Part shown: one piece after another, positions 29,959 through 38,622 of the stretch | Layout of the letters: each line of letters starts with the position of its first letter | Numbering within the stretch: the first letter of the stretch is position 1 | Assembly: GCA_965369655.1 (NCBI GenBank) | Contig: CBDUQR010000007.1 | Location: forward strand, 1 to 64,000 | DNA length: 64,000 bases | Reading direction: 5' to 3' | Source of the DNA: an uncultured bacterium | Lineage (GTDB): Bacteria > Zixibacteria > MSB-5A5 > JAABVY01 > JAHJOQ01 | Notes under the pieces: model-generated | Databases searched by the model: none | The model's input: the letters and a program-made list of their open reading frames with translations, nothing else | What the model was told of the DNA's origin: nothing | Program-made: the position numbers and the translations under genes

Positions 29959-30523
29959 CGGCAGACTTGCAGCCCGACGAGGGGCGAGCATTGTGATCGA
30001 CGTCGGCGGCGTTGGCTACCTGATTACGGCGCCGGCATCGACCGCATCTATCCTGCCGGATATCGGCTCGCAGGTGAAGCTCCTCACTTACTTTCATGTC
30101 ACAGAGAAGAACCAGCAGCTTTTCGGATTCGCCACGGATGCTGAGCGTGATATTTTTGTGAGTCTCATCGGTATCTCCGGAGTTGGTCCCAAGCTCGCGA
30201 TAGCGGTCCTTTCCAAAATCAGCGCCGATGAGTTCTCCGATATACTTTCATCCGATGACGCGACGCTTCTGAAGGCTGTGCCGGGAGTAGGACAGAAGAC
30301 TGCGCTCAGGATCATTATAGATCTCAGGAGTAAGCTGCCACAGCTTTCCAGATCGGCTGCAGAACCTGCAGTTGATGAAGATGTGCTCCTTGCGCTGCAA
30401 TCGCTCGGCTATTCTCAGTATGATATGAAAAAAGTTATCGAGAAGCTGTCATCGAGAATCGGCGCAGACAAGCTCAGGGAACTCTCCACGGAGGAAGTAA
30501 TCGCCGAAGTTCTGCGGGTCTGA
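29942..30523 (+). CDS. ruvA: Holliday junction branch migration protein RuvA
   Basis: MYDYVSG, DVGGVGY, LFGF, ISGVGPKLA, VPGVGQKTALRII, ALQSLGY. Confidence 0.95.
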   Translation: MYDYVSGRLAARRGASIVIDVGGVGYLITAPASTASILPDIGSQVKLLTYFHVTEKNQQLFGFATDAERDIFVSLIGISGVGPKLAIAVLSKISADEFSDILSSDDATLLKAVPGVGQKTALRIIIDLRSKLPQLSRSAAEPAVDEDVLLALQSLGYSQYDMKKVIEKLSSRIGADKLRELSTEEVIAEVLRV

Positions 30524-30849
30524 GCACAGGCTCAGGGCTGCAACACCTTTGTACTTGCCTGACCCAGTGGTTGCAAACCCAACGGGGCAGACAAAGAGAG
30601 TTTATCCTAAAAGTAGGTCGTGTTCCGAACCCGAGGTACGAGGGTGAGAAACACGACAATTCTATCTTGTTGTAAGAGTGTCGGGTTTCTTGCAGGCTCC
30701 ACCTGCTGCGGAACGCCGACCTACTTTGGGGCAGATGAGGACATCTGCCGCCCACAATTGCATGCTGAGATCATCACGTCGCTGTCGCTCCTCTCCCTCG
30801 GGGATCGGGATCAGCGACCGAGTGATGACGATGACACAGGCCCGTGCTT
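30522..30849. repeat. 330-bp nested palindrome mosaic (REP cluster or structured ncRNA)
   Basis: At least eight helices, including 30610-30620/30717-30727 (11 bp perfect); contains a GTAG doublet and a unit shared with 706-755. Confidence 0.7.
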
Positions 30850-31099
30850 CAAAGGGGTTTTTCAATAGAAACCTTAGCAACCTGATGAATATAGTACTGC
30901 AAAGATGAAACATCCTGATGATTATCCCGTCGAATTGATATGTGAACATGGAGTCGTATTCTGTTGTGTCATTGCTCTCAACTTCTTATCTTCGACACGT
31001 TTCGTGTGGCGTGCTGTTGCCAATTGAGTATATTCGGCTAAATGGATTTGATAAGCAGAGATTAAAGAAATATAAACCGATTGGGGAGGAGGAACCCTG

Positions 31100-33049
31100 A
31101 TGATTCCGAACAGGCTAATGATGGTCGTCTTGTGTCTCGTGCTGGCCGTTGCGATCATAGCCGGATGCACGGAGCCTGCGCAGAAGGCGCAGTTGACGTC
31201 AACCGAGTTGATCCCGCGCGATGTGATCTTCGGCAATCCGTCGAAGGTCAGCCCGAGGCTGTCGCCGGATGGTACGATGATGTCATATCGCGCACCGGTG
31301 GATGACGTCATGAACGTGTGGGTTGGCAATATCGGCGAAGATTCCGTCTGGGTTGTCACGAGCGACACCCTTCGCGGGGTCAGTATGTACTTCTGGGCGC
31401 AGGACAACAAGCATATCATGTATCTGCAGGATGTCGGAGGCAACGAGAATTTTCGCCTGTATGCGGTCAACATCAATACAGGAGAGACTCGCGATCTGAC
31501 GCCGTTCGACGATGTTCAGGTGCGCATTACCGACGTCGACAAGAATTTCCCGAACGAGATACTGATCTCAATGAACAAGGACAATCCGCAGCTTCACGAT
31601 GTCCACCATCTTGACCTTACTTCGGGCGAGCTGAGGTTGGTGGCAAAGAATCCGGGCAATGTGCTTGGCTGGGTGACCGACGCCAACTTCAAGGTGCTCG
31701 GCTGTGTGATGACAAATGCCGAGGCCGGATATGATTTTATGATTCGTGAGACCGAGCAGTCGGATTGGAACATGCTGGTAAGCTGGGGGTCCGACGACGC
31801 TCTGGCAAGCGGACCGATGGGATTCACGAAGGATGGCAAATCAGTATACCTGATCGATTCGCGTGACGCCAATGCCGCCAGGCTCATGAAGATGAATATC
31901 GCATCCGGCGAACTCGAAATGATCGCCGAAGATCCTCAGTACGACGTCAGCAACGTAATTATACACCCGGATACCCGTGAAATCCAGGCGGTGGTGTTCA
32001 CCAAGGATCGCAACGAGATTACGATACTTGATGAGTCGGTCAGACCCGACTTCGACGCAATAGGCAATGTCCATCACGGCGACATGTTCATCAGCAGCAG
32101 AGACAACGCGGATGATACGTGGCTGATTGGCTTTGATGCCGACGATGGTCCGATTCCGTATTACTCCTACGACAGGGAGTCAAAGAAGGCGACCTTCCTG
32201 TTCAGTCACAGGCCTGAACTGGACGATTACACACTCTCAAAGATGAAGCCGTTTTCGCTTAAGGCTCGGGACGGCTTGACTGTGCATGGTTACCTGACAT
32301 TCCCGCCCGGCTCTGACAGCATGAACCTTCCGATTGTGCTCAACGTTCATGGCGGACCGTGGTACCGCGATGCATGGGGATACAATCCCGAAGCCCAGTG
32401 GATAGCAAATCGGGGCTATGTCTGCATGCAGGTCAACTTCCGTGGCTCGACAGGTTACGGCAAGGAATTCCTGAATGCAGGCGACCGCGAGTGGGGCGGC
32501 AAGATGCACGACGATCTGATCGACGCTGTCAACTGGGCGATCGATCAGGGAATCGCCGACCCTCAGAAGATTGCAATCTATGGCGGTTCGTACGGTGGAT
32601 ATGCCGCGTTGGTTGGTGTGACATTCACACCGGATGTCTTCTGTTGCGCGGTAGATATTGTCGGTCCGGCTAATCTGGTGTCATGGATTACATCGATCCC
32701 ACCGTACTGGCAGACAATGAAGGATATTCTCTACAAGAGAATCGGTAATCCTGATACCGAAGAGGAATTCCTGAAATCCCGGTCGCCCTTGTATAAGGCT
32801 GACCAGATCAGGGTCCCGATGCTGATCGCTCAGGGCGCCAACGACCCACGTGTACCGGTGGCCGAATCTGAGCAGATCGTCGAGGCGCTGAAAGCCAACA
32901 ATGTCGAGCATGAATACATGTTGTTCCCGGACGAGGGTCACGGTTTCGCGCGGCCTGAGAATCGTCTGAAGTTCTATGCCGCAGCCGAGGAGTTTCTCGC
33001 GAAACATTTGGGTGGACGTTTCGAACCGGCAGCAGCCGAGACGAAATAG
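31100..33049 (+). CDS. S9 family serine peptidase, lipoprotein
   Basis: Lipobox IAGC; HGGPW, NFRGSTGYG, GGSYGG, GANDPRV, DEGHGF. Confidence 0.95.
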   Translation: MIPNRLMMVVLCLVLAVAIIAGCTEPAQKAQLTSTELIPRDVIFGNPSKVSPRLSPDGTMMSYRAPVDDVMNVWVGNIGEDSVWVVTSDTLRGVSMYFWAQDNKHIMYLQDVGGNENFRLYAVNINTGETRDLTPFDDVQVRITDVDKNFPNEILISMNKDNPQLHDVHHLDLTSGELRLVAKNPGNVLGWVTDANFKVLGCVMTNAEAGYDFMIRETEQSDWNMLVSWGSDDALASGPMGFTKDGKSVYLIDSRDANAARLMKMNIASGELEMIAEDPQYDVSNVIIHPDTREIQAVVFTKDRNEITILDESVRPDFDAIGNVHHGDMFISSRDNADDTWLIGFDADDGPIPYYSYDRESKKATFLFSHRPELDDYTLSKMKPFSLKARDGLTVHGYLTFPPGSDSMNLPIVLNVHGGPWYRDAWGYNPEAQWIANRGYVCMQVNFRGSTGYGKEFLNAGDREWGGKMHDDLIDAVNWAIDQGIADPQKIAIYGGSYGGYAALVGVTFTPDVFCCAVDIVGPANLVSWITSIPPYWQTMKDILYKRIGNPDTEEEFLKSRSPLYKADQIRVPMLIAQGANDPRVPVAESEQIVEALKANNVEHEYMLFPDEGHGFARPENRLKFYAAAEEFLAKHLGGRFEPAAAETK

Positions 33050-33078
33050 ACAATCTCGATGATATATGAGTTAGAAGA

Positions 33079-33102
33079 GAGGGCGCCCGATGGCGCCCTT
33101 TC
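33079..33102 (+). terminator. Terminator-like hairpin between convergent genes
   Basis: AGGGCGCC-CGAT-GGCGCCCT followed by TT. Confidence 0.55.
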
Positions 33103-33203
33103 GCATGATGGACGCGCATTGCCATGCTCCGCGTCTAATACTATCATCGGAAGACGTCCTGAGCTTCGAAGGATCTGCCGTGCACATAATGTGATATTCG
33201 AGT

Positions 33204-33746
33204 TCATGCTTCGCTATCACCGGAGATTATATTCTCTACTGCCTCTTTCCGCTTGACTTCTTCCAGACAGAGCGAAAGACACAGTTTACATTCCCTTGTC
33301 GAATAACACGTGTTACTGCAATAATTTTCGAATCCCTTCAACCAGTCAGCGCCACTGCGAGGACACTTTTCCACAAACTCCATGAAATGAACAAAACGTT
33401 TAATAACCTCACCGGTTATCGCATGCTCCATCTTGCAGGCTGTCTCATCCGCAAGTTCATCATCGACTAACAGGACCTTTGTCAGGAAATCCCGTAACGC
33501 TTCATGCCGCTTAATAACGTCTCTGGCAATGGATTTTCCCCTCGGGGTCAGCGTTATGGATTCATACGGTGTGTAGTTGACCAGTTTCCTCTTGGCGAGA
33601 GAGTGAAGCGCGCCGGTGACGGAGGAGTAATTCACTTTCAACCGTTTGGAAATATCCTTGACCCTGGCAACTTTTTTCTCCGAGATTAGATGAAAGATCG
33701 CTTCGAGATAATCTTCTAAACTCGCGCTTAATGCATTCATCGCCAT
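33204..33746 (-). CDS. DtxR/MntR family metal-dependent repressor with Cys-rich tail
   Basis: LEDYLEAIF, ARVKDIS..L.V...SVT, YESITLT..G, RHE, ACKMEHAI. Confidence 0.93.
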   Translation of the reverse strand: MAMNALSASLEDYLEAIFHLISEKKVARVKDISKRLKVNYSSVTGALHSLAKRKLVNYTPYESITLTPRGKSIARDVIKRHEALRDFLTKVLLVDDELADETACKMEHAITGEVIKRFVHFMEFVEKCPRSGADWLKGFENYCSNTCYSTRECKLCLSLCLEEVKRKEAVENIISGDSEA

Positions 33747-33839
33747 CAATCCTGACTCTTGCTCAGCCCAATTCTGCATTATTATATTATAATGTATGCC
33801 AATACCCGATTCCCGGTCAAGTTCTATTGTGAGCTTTAG

Positions 33840-33974
33840 TGTCGTGTCCCGGATATATGTTCATATATTCTTTTGTAGTAGCACGGGCATCCTGCCCGTG
33901 AATCATGGGCAAGATGCCCATGCCACGATTTAATATGCCGCTTTTTATTGTGAATGGATTCCTGGGACATGATA
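33840..33974 (-). mobile_element. 135-bp MITE, copy 2
   Basis: Reverse complement of 9811-9945; flanked by TTAG at 33836-33839 and 33975-33978. Confidence 0.9.
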
Positions 33975-34155
33975 TTAGTTCCAAATAGCATAATGGGAGA
34001 CGCAACACAGCGCTGCGCCTCCCTTGTAAGGAGAATGACTCATAACCGAATAGCAGTCATTCGAGTAACTATCTGTAGAATGCCTACAGATATTTTTGCA
34101 TATTTGTCAACCCACACAAAACCGTATCCATTAGAAGCTCCTCACAGCCTTCAGT

Positions 34156-35763
34156 TTATGGACAGAGTGTGCACGCATCCTCTGGGGGAGGACCGCCTGC
34201 AAAGATGTATTCAATCAGGTATACAACGTCGTCAATATCGATACCGCAACCGGTAACGCCGTTACCGTTGGCGTCTCCGCAGCAAATTTCCGGTATCGGT
34301 GCCGGTCCGCCAGCAAAGATGTAGTTAATCAGATAAACGACATCGTCAATATCGACACCGCCACTGCCGTCTGCGTCACCAGGTATGCATGTCGGCGGCT
34401 CGGAAATGTATATCTCGAGGTAAGGGCGAAAACCGGCAGGCCCTTCTTTTGAATAGAACTTACTGAACTTCTCGTTGTATTTTGCCTGAATGACCAGCCC
34501 GTAGTTAGTAACCCCACCAGTCAGCCAACCCTCAACACCCGATTGAATATCTATTCGATGCCAGTCATTTTCCGGACCGAATTCATAACTTAAAAATGAA
34601 GGGACTTCATGACCAATATGGAGATGCTCGTTCCAGGTGGCCTCACTCCAGTTCTGGGTTATGTAATAGAAATTGCAGTCTGTGTAGTAGTGATTTGGAC
34701 AGCGGAACCATCGGTAGATGTTCAAGAAAGCGCTGTCGATCTCCATTTCTATGAAATCGCCAAGATCAAACCTCATCATTATACGCTCATGGTGAACTTG
34801 GCAGCCGGAATAATCTGCCGTCCATAATTCAGAGATAGGGTGGGGGGAAGAATGCCCGACTCCATCGTCAGGGTCGGAGTACATATCATCTGATGGCTCT
34901 ATATGGCGACCGAAAGGTGGGCACGGGTCGTCCGTGCAATTCAACCCTTCAACCCAGTATCCGCCAAGGCAGTCACATGAGTCCCCTGTTATGCTGTCTT
35001 CACATGTCGGATCGAACGGATCGCCGTAGCAGCAACGACCGATCGGCGGGGAATCATCTGTAACAACGATATCATCGATGCCAAACAAGTTGGCGTCCGT
35101 ACCGAGGTACTGGAAAGCGAGAGTGACGCTATCACTGCCTGCGTAAGCACTGAGGTCAACAGAGGTCTCGTACCAGGTCATATTCGGGTGTGTAATATCA
35201 TACGAATCCCATATCGAGTCATAGTCGGCATGGTCAGTGCCACCGACTGTAGAGGCATAAATCTTGAACTCATGTTCATAATGGGAATTATCCTTAAAAA
35301 ACCAGAATTCGAGTCTCAATAGGGAAGTGGCGCTCGAGACATACATCGGCGGCGTGAACAGCCACTCATCCTGTAAGGTTGCAGGAGGAGCTTGATCCCA
35401 CGTTACCAGGGCACACTGTGTGCCTCCAGGACCAGAAGGCGGAGCCGCGGGTGTGCCAAGGAACCAACCCCAGCCGGGATTGTAATTAGTTGTGTCCCAG
35501 CTTGCTGGTGGAAAGGTTGCCCCTTGAAAATCTTCATCTAGAAAAATTGTGCGATACGACCGTTTGGCAGAAAGATGGTCGGGGCTGGAAATGATCTCAT
35601 CCAGCCCTTTGTATTGATTCTCGGCTTTAGCCTCGTACTGAGCCCTGGTCGATATCAGGTCTTTCTCATTGTCGGCGCTACCAGCCGTATCAATCGCGTA
35701 CGCCGTGGCGAATCCGCAGATTGCCACAGACATAAGAATGAGAAACAGGTTTCTTATTAACAT
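34156..35763 (-). CDS. Secreted protein: cleaved-adhesin-like domain, Cys-rich repeat, DNRLRE/CBM96-like domain, dockerin-like domain
   Basis: Signal peptide; EDF....FPP..W, QDEWLFTP, IDDIVV; GRCC...C; MRFDL...WSEATW...NYGLVI...FYSKE...RPYLEI; two IDDVVYLI.YIFAGG. Confidence 0.8.
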   Translation of the reverse strand: MLIRNLFLILMSVAICGFATAYAIDTAGSADNEKDLISTRAQYEAKAENQYKGLDEIISSPDHLSAKRSYRTIFLDEDFQGATFPPASWDTTNYNPGWGWFLGTPAAPPSGPGGTQCALVTWDQAPPATLQDEWLFTPPMYVSSATSLLRLEFWFFKDNSHYEHEFKIYASTVGGTDHADYDSIWDSYDITHPNMTWYETSVDLSAYAGSDSVTLAFQYLGTDANLFGIDDIVVTDDSPPIGRCCYGDPFDPTCEDSITGDSCDCLGGYWVEGLNCTDDPCPPFGRHIEPSDDMYSDPDDGVGHSSPHPISELWTADYSGCQVHHERIMMRFDLGDFIEMEIDSAFLNIYRWFRCPNHYYTDCNFYYITQNWSEATWNEHLHIGHEVPSFLSYEFGPENDWHRIDIQSGVEGWLTGGVTNYGLVIQAKYNEKFSKFYSKEGPAGFRPYLEIYISEPPTCIPGDADGSGGVDIDDVVYLINYIFAGGPAPIPEICCGDANGNGVTGCGIDIDDVVYLIEYIFAGGPPPEDACTLCP

Positions 35764-35935
35764 TTCGAGTTCATTTCATAAGTCTGAAGTTATAAAATGT
35801 AACCCACAAAAGAACTTCTTCTTGCCATATAATTCCTCCTGTGAAGCTTAGAGTTGATGATGATATTAAGTTAAACGTAGTCATTACTCTCTTTCATTGG
35901 TCAGGCCATATACTATACCACTGATCGTTCACTCG

Positions 35936-37117
35936 CTAAATACCGGCCTGAATCCGTACGATCAGGCGATTCGCTGCTTGTTCCTTACTATAGGGAATTA
36001 AGCCACTCTTATTCTCATCAGGGAATGAAAGCGGGGTTTGGTATTCAATTCTCAGTTTTGAATCGTTAGGACCGATTCCGAGTGTGACACCGAGAGTCAA
36101 AAAGGAAAAAACATAGTCATCATCCAGATTCGCAGACTGATCCCACCATTGATACTGGATGTATGGCTGAATATATGAGAGTTGCGGCTGCCCGATATCA
36201 ATGCGATAACCGCCTTCGACGAAACAGGCTCTCATCTCCGTATCTTCAAAAGGAACCTCGTGAACTACATACTCATAATCTTCTCCAGCGCTGCCCCCTC
36301 TTCCGGAATATGTTTTAACTTTCTCAGTGTAGCTGAAGCGATCCTTAAAGCCTTTCCCTATATAGTACTCTCCCCGCAGATGGACATTGAACTGATCGTA
36401 GTTACAGCCCAACCCCATTCTGTAGCCGTTATAGACATTCTTTATTGCTCCTGAGTCGTTATACTTCGTTTCACTCCACTGCCAGTCGGTATAGAATCCG
36501 CCTACTGTGAGTCCCCGTAGAGGGGTGCGGAACTGGAATCCAAGATTAATATCGTGTTCATCCTCAAATGATCCTCCTGTGCCATTCATGTAAGCGAACT
36601 GGGTATGTATACCCATAGTTTCATCAATGTCATAGTCGGTTTCGATTACCGCTCCGGTCGGGTGACAAGGAGAGTACTTCTTGGCATAGACAGGCTTCTC
36701 AGAGGTTGTCAGATTTACACATCCCTCGTACATTTCAAAACCGCGCAGGACATGGCCTTTCATAAAACCCATTTTCAGGTATGGAAGCGGCTTGTAATAC
36801 ACTCCAGCTTCCATAAGCATAATTCCCCCTCCTAAACACGACGCTGCGCCTATCTCTATATTGTACTCAATGTAATTGCCGAGTTCTCCTTCAGCTTCAA
36901 TGACAGCGTGCCGTATAACATAAGCATTTTCAGCAGCCCTGGGCATAGCTATAACGTATGTCGAATCTCCTCCACTATATGCTTCCAGTTGTAGTACAAC
37001 ATCCGCGTGAATCTCCGGCGGAGTCAGTGTTGTTTTCTCCTCAGCGGAAACGATGCTGGTTATCAGCATCAGCATAATTGTTGAAATAGAAAAATGAAGT
37101 GCTTTTGCGTTGATCAT
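35936..37117 (-). CDS. Putative outer-membrane porin-like beta-barrel
   Basis: GGAGGAG RBS; signal peptide; alternating aromatic beta strands; ends RLIVRIQAGI. Confidence 0.65.
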   Translation of the reverse strand: MINAKALHFSISTIMLMLITSIVSAEEKTTLTPPEIHADVVLQLEAYSGGDSTYVIAMPRAAENAYVIRHAVIEAEGELGNYIEYNIEIGAASCLGGGIMLMEAGVYYKPLPYLKMGFMKGHVLRGFEMYEGCVNLTTSEKPVYAKKYSPCHPTGAVIETDYDIDETMGIHTQFAYMNGTGGSFEDEHDINLGFQFRTPLRGLTVGGFYTDWQWSETKYNDSGAIKNVYNGYRMGLGCNYDQFNVHLRGEYYIGKGFKDRFSYTEKVKTYSGRGGSAGEDYEYVVHEVPFEDTEMRACFVEGGYRIDIGQPQLSYIQPYIQYQWWDQSANLDDDYVFSFLTLGVTLGIGPNDSKLRIEYQTPLSFPDENKSGLIPYSKEQAANRLIVRIQAGI

Positions 37118-37197
37118 AATCTCCTCCCCTCTAAGTATTGCCTCAAACTTGCGTTTTGATATTTGGTTGGCTTCAAACGGACACCTCTCTTTCATAT

Positions 37198-37233
37198 TGT
37201 TCGGTATGCCAAACATATTTGGCATGCCGAACA
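37198..37233. promoter_or_regulatory. Two tandem 18-bp palindromic operators, putative DtxR-family boxes
   Basis: TGTTCGGTATGCCAAACA and TATTTGGCATGCCGAACA, ~80 bp upstream of the porin start. Confidence 0.65.
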
Positions 37234-37480
37234 TCTTATGCGAATGCGAACATCCTGTCAAGACTTTTTGTGATCTATTTCGCAAAAATGCATTTGACAG
37301 TGTTTTCTTTTGGGAGAGAACAACTTACAGCAGACACTCAGCCCGGATGTTTTACCAGAACTGTGTGCGGTACACGGCGACAATAAGAACGGGAGCCGTT
37401 TCCACGACTCCCGAGTTTCTATTCCACAATCCTGCGTATCTGGGCTAACAATCAGGGATTTGATCTCCGTCTGCGGGATT

Positions 37481-37529
37481 GTCATTCCGGTGCAAACCCT
37501 TCGCTCTGCTCAGGACCCGCCGGAATCCA
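37481..37529 (+). repeat. GTCATTCCGG...CCGGAATCCA palindromic repeat with 23-nt insert
   Basis: Removing 37498-37520 restores ATTCCGGT-GCAA-ACCGGAAT. Confidence 0.75.
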
Positions 37530-37612
37530 TCTTTCTTATTGTGTGCCGTGCACGAGCGCGGGTACATTGAACAATGCGCATCGACGTTGGTTATACAACA
37601 AAAGGAGTGTAC

Positions 37613-37978
37613 ATGGGATTATTCAAGAATCTATTCAACAGGCAACCCAAACCGGGTGAGCCTCGACCCGTAACTGACGAATCTTTCGAACAGGATATCC
37701 TTGCATCGGATATTCCGGCTGTGGTTGATTTCTGGTCGGCCAAGTGTCCGCCATGTCAGGTAATGGGAGGGCTGCTTGACGAAATCGGCCCGGACTATGC
37801 CGGGCGCGTGAACATCTTCAAATTGAATGTCGATCAGAATCCGCAGACTGCAATGCAGTATCAGATTCGGAGCATTCCTACGGTTATTCTCTTTCGCAAA
37901 GGAAGAGCCATAGATCGGATCGTAGGGCTTCTGCCTCTCAATCCTCTGAGGCAGAAATTTGACAAGCTTGCGGGATAA
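37613..37978 (+). CDS. Thioredoxin
   Basis: VVDFWSAKCPPC, KLNVDQNP, IRSIPT; AAGGAG RBS. Confidence 0.92.
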   Translation: MGLFKNLFNRQPKPGEPRPVTDESFEQDILASDIPAVVDFWSAKCPPCQVMGGLLDEIGPDYAGRVNIFKLNVDQNPQTAMQYQIRSIPTVILFRKGRAIDRIVGLLPLNPLRQKFDKLAG

Positions 37979-37996
37979 CTTGTCAAATTACCCCTC

Positions 37997-38485
37997 TTAA
38001 TCAGTTGGGTAGGGACCGACGGATGTTTCACTATCCAATAGATCTGAGATTGGTCCATTATCATTATGTGGTATTCTATAAGGCTGTTCTAAGTATGCTA
38101 ATGAAGTACCCAGAGCGGTGGCTTTGATATAATGATCGTCAACTCCCTTTTCCAATGTGAGTCTGATTGGAGAGTCTTTTGTATTATGAGTATATACTTG
38201 TACCGTTTTGTTGAAATGTGGTTCACCGCCCGGATGTTTGTGATCTTGGTATGTGAACACGAAATAGGTTTTTCCTTGAGGTGTAATATCCCCAATTTGA
38301 CCTTCCTGCCAGGCCGTGGCCACAAGCATTTTGCACGTGTTGGAACTCGGTTGACGTTGGGGATCATCCTCTTGTAGAAATACAGGATATTCATTTACGA
38401 ATTTTCGGAAATATCCTGGTCTCACAACCGATCCTGCTGATGAAAAGAAATCCTCATTCTTCAAAATTGTTGGTCTATATTCCAT
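37997..38485 (-). CDS. Hypothetical protein, low GC
   Basis: 162-aa ORF with GAGGGAG RBS; no recognised motif. Confidence 0.55.
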   Translation of the reverse strand: MEYRPTILKNEDFFSSAGSVVRPGYFRKFVNEYPVFLQEDDPQRQPSSNTCKMLVATAWQEGQIGDITPQGKTYFVFTYQDHKHPGGEPHFNKTVQVYTHNTKDSPIRLTLEKGVDDHYIKATALGTSLAYLEQPYRIPHNDNGPISDLLDSETSVGPYPTD

Positions 38486-38622
38486 AACTGCTCCCTCTCA
38501 ATAGAATAAGGAATTCAACAGTCCTGATTTCCTCTTGTGCCAAGTCGATTAACCTTCTTGTTCAGGCATGAGTGGGACTCACCTGTCCTACTAGACTTCA
38601 TCTTAATGCAAATCCATACGAA

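Noticed and set aside
30522-30849. RNase P RNA, tmRNA, SRP RNA or cobalamin riboswitch
   Set aside because: Signature motifs (GAGGAAAGTCC, tRNA-like ends with tag ORF, SRP helix 8, B12 box) were not found on either strand.
37118-37285. N-terminal repeat 'MFGMPNMFGIPN' in the 449-aa ORF
   Set aside because: It is the translation of the tandem operator palindromes; the real start is at 37117 behind a strong RBS.
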